A stretch of 64,000 nt of DNA from Octopus vulgaris (taxonomy: Eukaryota). The notes below the pieces were generated by a model. The model saw only the letters and a program-made list of their open reading frames with translations. It made no database searches and was not told the DNA's origin. How positions within the stretch are numbered: the first letter of the stretch is position 1; every line of letters begins with the position of its first letter. The stretch is from the NCBI GenBank assembly GCA_951406725.2, contig OX597831.1, positions 75,888,001 through 75,952,000 on the forward strand. Direction: 5' to 3'. Positions 25,831 through 38,940 of this stretch are shown here, one piece after another. The position numbers were made by a program, and so were the translations under genes.

Positions 25831-26839
25831 TTTCCCCAGTACTTTAATTTTTGCACAAATATTTAAATTGTGCCCTAACATTTTATTTTTTGCCCAAAAT
25901 TGCATCGAATTTTTAATAATTTTTCTATAAATTTACTAATTTCGTAAAAGGCCTTCTTAATCCCAAATTAGTGATCAGGCATTAATCTAGAAAATGTTAC
26001 AGATAGATAAAATAAAATAATATTGGAAAATAAGAACAAATCTACATAAGTATAATTTCTTCATTTAGGTTTCAAGTTCAAATCAGTTGACCGTTATCTT
26101 TGCTTATAAATTCTTTCGGAATAAAGGAAACAAGTTCATCGATTTAATCTACACCATTCTTTCTTTCCTGTACAAAAATATTTTTTTTGTTACCAAAAGG
26201 GACCAATATTTCTTTATTTGTCTTAAGATAAATTCGAAAGATTAGCTTAATTTGATGAAAAGGATCAGGCAAAATATATTATTTGTGGTACTTCTACTCC
26301 CAATGTGGGAATACAGATCCGCTGGTCATATGGAAAAGAAAAGTCAAATTTCCATCAAGTGATGCCAAACCATTTTTTTTTAATGGAAGAATATTCGGCA
26401 TAATTACTGTATGGCGCTTTTCTCACGACTTCGTTCCTCGTAAATTTCTGAAAAAGCTTATTTATAAATTAAATTTGGCAGAAATGCCTTTTCGAACCTG
26501 TACATTATGATTTTGTTGATAATATTGGTATTATTTGAGGAGTTTCAGATTCTTCTAATTTCGCTCCATCGTCACATTCTTCTAAAACTCATATTTTTAA
26601 ACGGATCATTCTTCCTCTCTTACGATGTTGTTTGCTCATAATTCTCTGTGAAATGCATATTTTTAAACGACATTTTGCAGGAATTCTTTTTGGAGAGGAG
26701 AGATTACTTATTATTCAAACCTCAAACATAAAATTCTAGAAAAAGTTAGAAAAGCAAAAAGTACTAAAGTTATGGGAATTGGTGATAGCAAAAATGGGGG
26801 AGAGAAGAAGAATGTGAAACACTTCAAAAGAATTTTTTT

Positions 26840-27168
26840 AAGAGGTGGCAATGTCGTAAGATGTTTGCCTTCCAACCTCATGGCTGTAGGTTCAGTCCCA
26901 CTGCGTAGCACCTTGGGCAAGAGTCTACTATAGTTTCGGGCCGACCAAGAAAATTATGAGTGGATTTGGCAGACGGAAACTGAAAGGAGATCGTCGTGTG
27001 TTCCATCCACCACTATTTAAAAACCGGTGTTGGTTTGTTTACGTCCCTGTAACTTAGCGATTCGGCGAAAATGACCGATAGAATAAGTACCAGACTTTAA
27101 AAAAAACCCTCCAAGGTGGTGCTCCAGCATGGTCGCAGACCAAAGACTGGAACAAACGATAAAAGATA
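26840..27168 (+). mobile_element. SINE family A, diverged
   Basis: GGTTCAGTCCCACTGCG..CACCTTGGGCAAG...GGTGCTCCAGCATGG. Confidence 0.75.
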
Positions 27169-27441
27169 ATCGTAATCTGCACCTTCGAGGTTTCATTAAA
27201 AAAATATACATTTTCGTTAAGTTATGAGGAAACAAATTCGAGAAAGAGTACCAATCTGCAGTTATGATCGATACAGTGATTAATATATCGATACTCATCA
27301 ATAATTTATGCTGTGATATTGTATCACTGGATAAGCTCTGCCTTAAGATGGGATGGTTACGTCTAGAACGTCTTTGATCGTGGTTTTCTCTCTCAAGTAA
27401 GATTCGTTGATGTTGCTGTTGGTGTTGATTAGCTGAGAGAC

Positions 27442-27945
27442 AAGTGTTTCTCAACCATTTTTTAGCCTGTGGACCCTTTTGATTTCTATTCTGCCTTCGG
27501 TTGGGCCCTCCTGGACATTCGATGTTTTAAACAAAATCCTTTTATAGAAATAATACATCCCTAAATCTCTCAGATAGATTTATACAGAAGTAACACGATA
27601 AAGAGTGGTATGTTGTCAACTTAATGTGACAGTTCCATGAAAGGGAAGAATGCTACTGCTATTTAACCCTAGGAAGCACCGCTTCCTGTCGGCCTTAACA
27701 AATTTCCTGTGTCCTTATGTTAGCAAAGGGGGAGACAAGTACCTTTACTCAGCAAAGCCAGCATCCAAAATATAGAATCCTTTTTATAATTTTATAACTA
27801 AATATTATTAGGTATTGTATAAAAGAATTGTTGAAAATATTTGTGCCTTGTAGAGTTGTAACCAATTTATTTAATATAAATTTTAACAGCAAACTCGTAT
27901 GTGGACCCCACCTAGGGTCATATGGACTCCGGTTGAAAACCACTG
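27442..27945. mobile_element. Non-autonomous hAT (Charlie-like) element
   Basis: Termini AAGTGTTTCTCAACC and GGTTGAAAACCACTG (CAGTG..T.TCAACC type); 8-bp TSD TGAGAGAC/TGATAGAC (7/8 match); subterminal GTGGACCC motifs. Confidence 0.7.
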
Positions 27946-28051
27946 TGATAGACGGCCAGGGCGTTCCAGTCGTGACCGACGCGTCGGTTTTCTAAATACA
28001 CCAACACACATCTACGTACATACATCTACACACACAAATATATATATATAA

Positions 28052-28274
28052 GGCGTATGAGTGGCTGTCTGGTAAGTAGCTTGCTTACCAACCACATGGT
28101 TCCGGGTTCAGTTCCACTGCGTGGCACCTTGGGCAAGTGTCTTCCACTATAGCCTCGGGCCGACCAAAGTCTTGTGAGTGGATTTTGTAGACGGAAACTG
28201 AAAGAAGCCCGTCGTATATATGTGTACAACGGCGGTGCATCAGCATGGCCACAGCTCTGAGCTGAAACTAGAGA

Positions 28275-28275
<1 letters not shown>
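28052..28275 (+). mobile_element. SINE family A head and body joined to a short variant 3' tail
   Basis: Near-consensus head to ~28215, followed directly by GGCGGTGCATCAGCATGGCCACAGCTCTGAGCTGAAACTAGA. Confidence 0.8.
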
Positions 28276-28316
<41 letters not shown>

Positions 28317-28557
28317 TACATGCACACACGTGTGTGTAAGTAAATATAACTTTAAAGCTATTAGTAGTAAGTCCGAGAGAGGTTTCGTTGTCATTCCCTG
28401 CAAATCCATCGACCACCAAGAGACTCGCGAAGGAGAGCAAGATATCCAGGTGGATGAGGGTGGTGGGTGATGATAGAAACCAACAACCAATCATTGAGAG
28501 GCCAGCAGTTCATAACATGTCGCTGCAAACTGCTTTGTTTAACCAATCAATTCAGAT

Positions 28558-28757
28558 ATTTGACATTCAACGGTCGAGTCCATTTGACATCTAACGGGCG
28601 ACTCCATATGACATTCAACGGTCGAGTCCATTTGACATGCAGCGGTCGACTCAATTTGACATCCAACGGTCGACTCCATATGACATTCAACGGTCGAGTC
28701 CATTTGGCATCCAGTGGTCGAGTCCATTTGGCATCCAGTGGTCGAGTCCATTTGACT
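28558..28757. repeat. 24-bp minisatellite (TTTGACATTCAACGGTCGAGTCCA), about 8 units
   Basis: Read directly from the sequence. Confidence 0.9.
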
Positions 28758-29055
28758 TTAGATGAGTATTATTACAGCACGGAATAGTCCATTGCTGTAT
28801 TGTGAATCAGCTGTAACAGCGTCATCTTAAAATATTACAAGTACCACCGCAGCTTGGGATGCTGGGTTCCGTGTTCAAGTTCTAGGGTCTCTAGACAGAG
28901 AACTCGTTTTAATATATTTGGACATACTTCCATACCTACCTATCATCAACATCAACATCATCCCCGCCACCACCCTGTTATGTATTTAGGAGACAAGTGA
29001 AGAATCATTACTCAGTGACTCAGTCAGACATCTTCTACAATTTTACTCCATATCG

Positions 29056-29104
<49 letters not shown>

Positions 29105-29106
<2 letters not shown>

Positions 29107-29149
29107 GCTTCGGCAGTACATATACTAAAATTGGAACCATACAGAGAAG

Positions 29150-29153
<4 letters not shown>
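29105..29153 (+). pseudogene. U6: Truncated U6 snRNA retrocopy (about nt 5-53) inside an (ATT)n microsatellite
   Basis: TTGCTTCGGCAGTACATATACTAAAATTGGAACCATACAGAGAAGATTA matches the metazoan U6 5' half (GCTTCGGCAG.ACATATACTAAAATTGGAACGATACAGAGAAGATTA), including the ACAGAGA box. The 3' half and promoter are absent. Confidence 0.9.
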
Positions 29154-29184
<31 letters not shown>

Positions 29185-29564
29185 TTATAAAGAGAATGGA
29201 TATTTGAGGTTAATTTTTTTTTATTCTGGGAAATGTTTTGCTTTCTTTTCGCTTGGGTTTATTTTCAGTCTTTTGTATATTGAAGAGAGAGAAAGAGAGA
29301 GAGGGAGAGAGAGCATGTGTGAGAAAGGGAGTTCATGCGTGTGTGTGTGTGTGTGTATGTGTGTATGTTTGTGAGGGAGAGAGTGAGTGCGTATGTGTTT
29401 GTATGAGAGAGAGAAAGTGTGTGTGTATATATGAGAGAGAAAAAATGTGTGTGTGTGTAAGTGTGAGACAGAGAGAGAGAGAGAGAGAGAAAGCTAAAAA
29501 GAGAGAGAGAGATGTGCGAGAAAGAGAGAGAGAGGGTGTACAAGAGAGAAGGATAGAGAGACCT

Positions 29565-29595
<31 letters not shown>

Positions 29596-30064
29596 ATGTG
29601 TGAGAGGGCAAAAGATGCACGAGATATTTCTATAAAACTTTTCTTACATGTTTCTTCCCTACACACACACACACACTCGCACACCCAACCACGACCACCC
29701 CTAAGGAAGAAGAAATACAGAAACGATAAACTTGCCTTTTCGGGATCAATAAAAACGAGGGTAGCCATGGAGGGGCGGCAGCGTCGCAGAAATGTAAGAA
29801 AACATCGGGGTCAGATACCTTGTGGTATATGTTCCGGCTCTTTACATTGCGAGTTCAAATCCCATCGTGGCCTTAGGTAGTAGACTAAATCTCTCGTTAG
29901 GCTTAACCCCGAGTGACGGATTCCTTGGTTACGATTCCTTCGTTATTTTGTGTCATTACCGTTTTAGACCGTCTCTTCCTCCCCCCTTCGCCTCTCTCTC
30001 TCTCTCTCTCTTTTCTTCTCTCTCTTTAAATCTGTCCTTATTCAAATATTTTTTTTCTCTTCAG

Positions 30065-30119
30065 ATGACGGCGGTAATTTGTATTCAGAACAATGAAGTC
30101 AATGGGTGCAGAGGAACAG
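30065..30119 (+). other. Candidate small internal exon (55 nt)
   Basis: Strong acceptor TTTTTTTTCTCTTCAG and consensus donor CAG|GTAAGT bracket non-repetitive sequence. Confidence 0.4.
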
Positions 30120-30172
30120 GTAAGTTTCTCACAAGCCATGCTTATGAGCCGGTTTCGATTCTCGGCAAATCA

Positions 30173-30189
<17 letters not shown>

Positions 30190-30253
<64 letters not shown>

Positions 30254-30275
30254 TATAATATATATATATATATAT

Positions 30276-30331
<56 letters not shown>

Positions 30332-30471
30332 ATAATATATAATATAAATATATATATATATATATATTATATATTTATATATATATATGTATATATGTAT
30401 ATATTTATATATACATATATACATATATATATATATAATATATACATATATATATATATATAAATATATAA

Positions 30472-30502
<31 letters not shown>

Positions 30503-30514
30503 ATAAATATATAA

Positions 30515-30588
<74 letters not shown>

Positions 30589-30753
30589 TATATATATAAA
30601 TATATAAATATATACATATATATATATATATAAATATATAAATATATACATATATATATAAATATATAAATATATACATATATATATATATATAATATAT
30701 ACATATATATATATATAATATATACATATATATAAATATATATAAATATATAC

Positions 30754-30786
<33 letters not shown>

Positions 30787-30807
30787 AATATATACATATA
30801 AATATAT

Positions 30808-30864
<57 letters not shown>

Positions 30865-30965
30865 AATATATACATATATATATATAAATATATACATATA
30901 TATATATAAATATATACATATATATATATAAATATATACACACACATATATATATATATATATAA
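30190..30965. repeat. About 775 bp compound AT-only tract with internal TATAAATATATACA periodicity
   Basis: Read directly from the sequence. Confidence 0.9.
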
Positions 30966-31024
30966 AACTTTGGTTGAATTATGTATAAGGGAATATATGC
31001 ATGCATACATATATATACACATTC

Positions 31025-31486
31025 CTCTTGCTTTCCCTCTCATATCACGTGTGCGTCCGCCATCCCTCCTCCTAATTACGTCTTCCTCTCACAAACAATT
31101 ACAGCTACAAACAATCCTAACACACACCACTCCACCAGGCCATTATACTATCATCTTTGCACACCTCCACACACCCCACGAAATCACACATTCCCTCTTA
31201 TGCCCAGATTTATACATGGACATTTTCTTATACGTACACACACTACACCCCCCTTCTACTTTTTTTAACGCTCCCACAGAACAGATTCCCACTTGGATCC
31301 AAACTCCTTCGCTTTTTCCTCAAACACCTTTTCTCATTCACATATTAATTTTTGTTTTTTGTTATTTTTCTGATGAAGGACTAGCATCCGAACCGTCAAG
31401 ATTAATTCTTAAGCGTTTAGCTAACATATTCGTCGAAAGTTATCTTTCTCTTGTTTTCCTTTTGTGCTCATTGATTTCTATAATCT

Positions 31487-31490
<4 letters not shown>
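31025..31490 (+). mobile_element. Penelope-like element terminal remnant with a degenerate minimal hammerhead core
   Basis: CTGATGA-AGGA-CTAGCA-TCC-GAACCGTC-AAG at 31370-31400 (GAAA mutated to GAAC); flanked by TA tracts. Confidence 0.5.
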
Positions 31491-31538
<48 letters not shown>

Positions 31539-32470
31539 GTGTGTGTGTGTGTGTATGTGCGTGTGTATATGTATATGTATATATTTGTGCCCATATTTTT
31601 AGAAGCAGGTTGATGCGAAATCGCAAAAGTAAAAAGATAACGTATTCAATACTTCGGATGTTTGCTCGTGAGTAGCCAAGTTCTTGTAGCTTCTAGCTAA
31701 CGCTGATATCATTGGTTATGTCGGGTTTTTTTTACCGATGCTAGTATGAACGTATTATTCGCTTTAATCTTTCATATATTTTATTTCTTACGTTGGAATC
31801 TCAAACCGAAACAAGGGAGACTACTCTACATAACATCAATAAGTTATTTTCCCCCCGATTCTGCTTTTTGTCAGTAGCAACCTCATGTTACAGCACTCAG
31901 CAGCTAGCATCTACTGTAATATTTTATTAGTTATACGGCACCCACCGTGAAAAATACTTAGCAAACACATAGTCCGGATTCGACCTCCCTATATAGCACT
32001 TTCGGCTAATGGTCTGGCCAACCCAAGCCTTTTAGTGAAATTGGAAACTGTGCGGAAGCTCGTCGAGTAGATTGACCCTGTTCTCGGGTAATAAGCAATA
32101 AATCTGACATTCGATTAATCACCACCACCACCATCTGACTCTCAGTTACCCTTAGTAGAATATAGCCTATTGCAAGCATTCGAGTGGTCAGGTTTTCTGT
32201 CATTGGATAACAAGATTTTCCACTCCTTCCTCTCACAACTTACTAAAGAACGTTTTAAAAAAATATACAAAGGAAAAAGAAGAAGGTGTTGCCCGTGTTC
32301 TGGTGATTAAACTATACAGGGGTCAATAAACTGACTTACAAATTATTTGAAATAATTACGGTCAGAAAATTCGGTTACACAGAAAACCCTGTGTACACAA
32401 TATGTTTAAAAATAACGCTAACACTAACAGTAACAGCGGTTACAATATAATGTATAATCAAGTTACCTAA

Positions 32471-32514
<44 letters not shown>

Positions 32515-32944
32515 GTTGTTGTTGTTGTTATTATTATTATTGTTATTATTATTATTTTATATTGCATCTAGTTCCAACTGCTTGGATGGCCAACACAAAG
32601 GGCCGATTTGCAGCACCCGACAAACTTACCCATGCGACCTCGTTCGGATTGAGAAGACGAAGACGAATTGAGAAGATGGTCAGCAGATGAAAACCAGTTC
32701 AATAACACCAATTAGCAGGATCCATGGATATTCCACAAACTACAAATGTTTATGGAGAGTCTTACTATAATTTTTATTCTTTCTTTTCTTGGGTTATCCA
32801 TGACACGCCTCGGTTCCTTTCTGCAGCTTAGATACGCAATACTTTGCTCAACACATTTACTGTTTCGAGCATCGCTGCCAACAGTGTCCTTCCTATGTAG
32901 TTTGGTGCACTTGGGACCATCTCAAAGAAAGCAATGTTCAAACA

Positions 32945-33755
32945 CGATAGGTACCAAGCTGAATTTGCTTTTCTTCCTTTCGGGGTCGATAAAATAAGTA
33001 CCAATTGGGCGCTGAGGGCGATATGATCGACTTACTCCCAGCCACGAAATTGCCGGCCATGTCTCAAAATTTGAAACCCTTATTAGTATCAGACCAGCAC
33101 TGGGGTTGATGCAATCAGGCAACTCCCTCAGATAAAAATTTTTAAAAATTCGGACCTTATTCTCTTAGTAGAAAGAATTATTATTGTTGTTGTTAAGGCG
33201 GTGAGCTGGTAAAATCGGTAACACATCGGACAAAATGCTTCGCCGGATTTCGATCGCCTTCACATTCTGAGATCAAATTCCGTCGAGGTGGACTCTGCAT
33301 TTTATCATTTCGGGGTCGATGAAGTAATTGTCAGTTGAGCATTGGCGTCGATGTAATCGACTAGCACCCCACCAACAAATTTCAGGCTTTGTGCCTATAG
33401 TAGGGTTGCAAGGGCTATTATTATCGGGTGCAGTGGAAAAATCGAGAGATACCAGTGCTAAGTGATTACCTCCCTTTGTGTTTCACTCTCAATGCTGGGC
33501 GGTGAACACTGATATTACAGATCCGTGTAATAATTTCTATTAATTGTTATCCAATGTAAGGCAGCGAGCTGACAGAATCGTTAGCATGCCGGACAAAATG
33601 CTTTGCAGAATTTCTTTGGACTTTACATTCTGAGTTCAAATACTGCCGAGGTCGACTTTGCCTTCCATCCTTTTGGGTCGATAAAATAAATACCAACTGA
33701 TCGACCAACATCGTCCCACAAAATTTCAAGCTATGTGTCTATGGTAGAAAGCATT
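32945..33755 (+). mobile_element. Head-to-tail run of SINE family B copies with ATT-type tails
   Basis: Copies at ~32950-33080, 33090-33180, 33195-33400 and 33558-33750. Confidence 0.75.
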
Positions 33756-33899
33756 AATTATCCGTTAATCTATTTTTCTTTTAATGTTTCCTAGAAAATC
33801 TTCATGAATGTATTTTGGTGAACGCAAGAACACCCGCGGCAGCTTTGACATATTTGGAAAACACAGCACAACAGAAAACACTATTTCTATGACGTTTCA

Positions 33900-35125
33900 C
33901 AACATATACCATGTGATACTCCAATTTCTTCAGCAATGCTACTTCTAAATTCTACAACATTTGAGAATATTTCTACAAATCTGGAATTATTTTTTCAATA
34001 CTATACAAGAGTAATAATTGGAACATTTCAAAAATATTATTTAAAAAAAATGAAACCCAGTGATTCAAACAAGATTTCGGCTATTTATTCTTGAAAATGT
34101 ATATTGTAAAGATATAGTCATTTACGGATTTATTTTTATTTTTTTTGCAACAGACGTCCATATTTCTAAAATAATCTACAAGATGGTAACATTTCTGCAA
34201 AATTATACAACAAATGGAAATATTTCACCAATATCCTACAAATCTGGAAATATTTGTAAATCTTTATTCAAAAGATTATTTCTGCAGAGGTCCATACACA
34301 TACTGGAATAAGTCTCTAATATTATATTACAAGAAATAAAAAGCAATGATTCCAACATGATTTAGACAGCAGATGGCTAGATTTTTAAAATATTTCTTTG
34401 GAACAGATTTCTATAAGTAATCTGCAAAAACAGAAATAGTTCAGAAATATTCTGCTATAAATTTTACAAAATTTTACAAATATAAAAAAAAAAGAGTTCC
34501 AGCATGTCTTCGACAGGAAAAAGAAATGCTTTTACAATATTTTTTGAAAAAATGTCCATATTTCTTCAAGAACTTACAAAAATGGAAATATTTATCGAAT
34601 ATTTTCCCACAGATTTCAAAATTTTTGTAATATTCTTCAACGCATTGCAATATATCTTTATAATTCTTTAGTACGTGCCTATATTTCCAGAAAATTCTAT
34701 TGAAATTTGAAATTTTTCTATAATACACTGCGGAAAACAAATATTTCTTCAATATTCTATAAATAACACTATTTCTACAATCTACAATAAACAACAAATG
34801 ACATTAATTCTTCAATATTCTACAATAAGCCACAATACTTTTTGCAATATTAGACTGAAAGTAAAATTTATTTGATGAAAGTCTACAAAAAAATAGCAAT
34901 TTCAACAAAATATTATGTCATGCAATAATATTCCTGCAAAAGTCTATAGCAAGTTGCAATATTTCTACAAAATTCTACAGCAAAAGATTTCGCAATATTC
35001 TGACAATATTCTACAGCAAGTGGCAACGTTTCAACAAAATTCTACAACAAATGATATTATCTCAACAAAATTTGGTAGAATATGGCAATGTTCTCCCATA
35101 ATTCTACAATAAATTGCAACAATAT
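33900..35125. repeat. Degenerate AT-rich repeat built on AATATTCTACAA / ATTTCTACAA motifs
   Basis: The motif recurs dozens of times with irregular spacing and resumes at 35400-35460 after a SINE. Confidence 0.55.
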
Positions 35126-35134
35126 TCGTCAAAA

Positions 35135-35398
35135 ATTGATGAGGGTTCCAGTTGATCCGATCAACGGAACAGCCTACTCGTGAAATTAACGTGCAAGTGG
35201 CTGACCACTCCACAGACACATGTACCACAAGTTGTGGTGGAAGAATACAGTAGGGTCCGCCATCACACCTTGCCGGAGCCTCGTGAAGCTTTCGGTGTTT
35301 TTGCTCAATAAACACACTCAACGCCCGGTCTAGGAATCGAAACCGCGATCCTACGACTGCGAGTTCGCTGCCCTACTCACTAGGCCATTGCGCCTCCA
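35135..35398 (-). mobile_element. tRNA(Arg)-like-headed SINE (family D variant)
   Basis: The reverse complement begins GGAGGCGCAATGGCCTAGTG...ACTCGCAG...GGTTTCGATTCC, with TCG at the anticodon position. The same head occurs at 56410-56522. Confidence 0.75.
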
Positions 35399-36627
35399 CA
35401 TAGGAACAGTATTAAACAATAAGTGATAATATTCTACAATATTTGTAGAATATTGTGCAGCATATGTCTTCTTCAAATTGTATCCTCAAATGAGGGTAAT
35501 TTATCTGCAGCAGCAAACCATAAGACGTAATACCTCACTGTGCTAAAGCCGAGTCCAATCGACGTCCACTCGTCTTGTCAGAATTTAAGGCCAGTCAAAG
35601 TAATACGAACATACTGAAGTTAATTATAACCACCACATCTCTTAGTTTTTCTAGCTAAGTCACCTCTCTCACCCTTTCTCTTCTGTTCACAGTAGTAAGT
35701 GCTATTTGCCACACAGTAAAACCATAATATCTCGTTGACTCGAGCCCAGAATACAACTTTTACTTCCCTGTACTTCCGAATCTGATTTCTTGGCAGGAAA
35801 AGCAGAATGGTAACAACGCTACTTCTCCGAAATTTTCTACCTTGCTCGGAAATCCAGTTTCGTCCATTTTTGTGAGAACGCATTGAACATACGAAAAATA
35901 AAACGTGCAGAGCTTCGAATTAAATACATTTCATTGTATCAGACGTTCTTCGGTACCGAGTTCAAATCACGTTGAAGACAGCGTTTCTCTTCCACCCTTT
36001 TTGACTTCTATGAAAATGTACCAGCCATACCCTGCAGTCGATTTTATGGACTGTAACTTCCTACTCCGCTTCTTCAAAATTGTTATACATACATGCATCT
36101 CACAATCTCTCATATACATGAAGAAAGAGAGAGAGTGATGGATATTGATAAGGTTGTAGTTGGGCTTAGAGGTCGAGTTAGAGTCGTGTTCTGTTCATGT
36201 TGCGAAAATGACTGAAATGAGAGTGAAAGAAAGATGAGTGATGGAGAGCAAAGAGAATAAGCGAGTGACGGAGAGCAAAGCGGGTGAGTAACGGAGAGCA
36301 GAGTGTGTTTGTGTGATTGTAAAAGAGAGCAAGAATGGACGATAAAGAGCTAGAACGAATGAAACCTAAAGCAAGCCAACGCACTCCTAGTCTGGGTTAA
36401 CGAGTAAAACATCGCTGGTTTATTTCCCCCTCAGCAAAATTGCATTGTATTTCTGCTTAATAAATTTCAACTTTAATTGCTTCAGAGCGCCACAGAGAGG
36501 AGATTAGTGCATAGCTTGAAGCAGTGAAGGTGTTGCACAAAAGAGGCTTCTTTACATTGTGGTGGAGCTGGTTGGAAATCTTCTCGTTGGCTAACGTTAA
36601 TATTTAAGGAGATTATTTAAGGTTTAT

Positions 36628-37870
36628 GAGGGCGGCGAGCTGGCAGAACTGTTAGCACGCCGGGCAAAATGCATAGCCGTATTTCGTCTGCCGTTACGTT
36701 CTGAGTTCAAATTCCGCCGAGGTCGACTTTGCTTTTCATCCTTTCGGGATCGATGTAATCGACTTAATCCGTTTGTCTGTCCTTGTTTGTCCCCTCTATG
36801 TTTAGCCCCTTGTGGGTAATAAAGAAACAGATTGTTTAAGGCTAGTAGCGGAGTCGTTAAAGATATCGAATAAAAATGTTTTGTGGTATTTATTTACACC
36901 TTTTTACGTTCCGAGTTCAAATTCTGTCCCGGTCAATTTTTCATTGTAAGCTTTCCGGGGGCCCGTAATATTAGTTTCTGTTAAGTATTCGGTTCCATGT
37001 AATCGACTGTACTTACCGAAAAAGTCATGTCGTGTGGCTATATATAAAAAGATCAATAACATTGACCAGAGCACGACTTTGCGTCCTCAGTTCGAATCAG
37101 ACCGAGAGCAGCTGAGCCTTTTTATCTCTCGAGAGTAGAGGTGGATCATAGAATAAGTAGCAGTCAAGTACTGGGGCCAATATGAACATCAGTCTTTAAG
37201 ATATCAATATAGTAAACCAGAGTATGACTTTTTGTTTATGAGTCGAATTTCAACTAGGACCGTCATTACTTTTTATTCTTCCAGGGACGGGCCGGGGTTG
37301 GGTGGAATAAAGAATAAGTGAATTACTGGTGAACCGAGCACCCTAACCACTAGACTATGTGTCACCTTCATCATGATATGCAGGTGTTTTAATAAATCTT
37401 CGGTGATTGAAATACGTTTATTTTTTTAAAAGAGCAGAATCCGAAACTCTCTCCTTTCTACAATAGGCACAAGGTCTGAAATTTTGCGGGATGGAGTAAG
37501 TCGATTATATTAACCCCAGTATTCAACTGGTACTTATTTTTATCGACCCCGAATGGGATGAAAAGCAAGGTCGACCTTGGCGGAATTTGAACTCAAAACG
37601 TAAAGGCGGACGAAACGACGCTTTGCATTTCATCCGGCGTGCCAAACTCGACGACTTAGGCTACTAACAAAATATTGTTTTAAATTTTAGAATAAGGCCA
37701 GCATTTCGGGATTAAGGGTAAATTGATTACATCGATCCCCAGTGTTCGACCCCAAAAGGGATAAAAGGCAAAGTCGACCCCGGGGGAATTTGAACTCAGA
37801 AAGTAGAGATGGACGAAAGGTCGGTAAGCATTTTGTCCGGCGTGCCAACGATTCTTCCATCTCGTCACCT
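36628..37870. mobile_element. Cluster of SINE family B copies (+ at 36628-36830 and 36840-37020; - at 37455-37660 and 37680-37870)
   Basis: Family B consensus motifs in both orientations. Confidence 0.8.
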
Positions 37871-38540
37871 TAGTCCACCGGCAAAATATTAAATATCCAT
37901 TAAATTCATTAACTCATTGCTTAGCATTTAATTTTCCGTATTTCGCATTAAAGGAAAATAAATATTTTTGTTATTAATAAATAATGTCGATAAATCAATA
38001 CGAATGCCAATGTCGATAAATCTAGACAAATGCTAATATCGATAATGTGCTGATTATAATTAATTCAAAATGTTATAGGAAGGGCAAAGTTAAAAAGTTA
38101 GATACGGAAGATATTAAAATGGAATTAATGATTAATTTCCCAGCTCCAATCTAACGCTGCAATTTCTCTTGATTAAATCGGGTTTATTTACTTATTATGG
38201 TGTGTGCGGTTACGACTGGGGCTGACTCACTGATGTATCAGACTAATGACTGATGAGAGATTGACGGTTTGTATCATTCAATACTCGCTGGCTATAGCTA
38301 CATGACTGCAAAAAGATACTGCGAATTGAAAGAGGCACCGAAATGGATTAGATTAACCTTTCCATGACTTTCAGGGATCCAACAGTTTGCAAAGTTTCGT
38401 GTAGCTTAAAAGGAGATTATCATCGTCTCTGGAAAGAACAATAATCTACTACAGTTAACCTTTAAATCTTATTATTCTAGCAAATGTAATACTTATTTAT
38501 TCGCATTCTTTTGAATTAATTATGCATTATTTCTTAGCTT

Positions 38541-38940
38541 TAAGGCGGCGAGCTGGCAGAATCGTTAGCACGTCGGGCGAAATGCTTAGCTGTAATTCGT
38601 CTGCCGTTACGTTCTGAGTTCAAATTCCACCGAGGTCGACTTTGCCTTTCATCCTTTCAAGGTCGATAAATTAAGTACCAGTTGAGCACTGGGGTCAATC
38701 TAATCGACTTAATCCGTTTGTCTGTCCTTGTTTGTCCTCTCTGTGTTTAGCCCCTTGTGGGTAATAAAGAAATAGGTATTTCACCTGTCTTTATGTTCTG
38801 AGTTCAAATTCTTCGGAGGTCGACTTTGCCTTTCATCCTTTCAAGGTTGATAAATTAAGTACCAGGTGCATACTGGGGTCGATCTAATCGACTGGCTCCC
38901 TCCCCTAGAATTTCGAGCCTTGTGCCTAGAGTAGAAAAAA
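38541..38940 (+). mobile_element. Dimeric SINE family B flanked by a TSD, inserted into an older repeat
   Basis: A full monomer is followed by a headless second monomer. Flanks are ATTATTTCTTAGCTT (38526-38540) and ATTATTTCTTACTT (38940-38953). The host repeat is uninterrupted at ~61150-61325. Confidence 0.8.

Noticed and set aside
25531-25905. LLVQKYK heptad ORF suggesting a coiled coil
   Set aside because: A 21-bp AT-rich minisatellite that is also open on the opposite strand, with no splice or homology support.
35320-35398. tRNA-Arg-like sequence on the minus strand (also 56460-56522)
   Set aside because: It is a SINE head that continues into a SINE body; no complete cloverleaf or acceptor stem.
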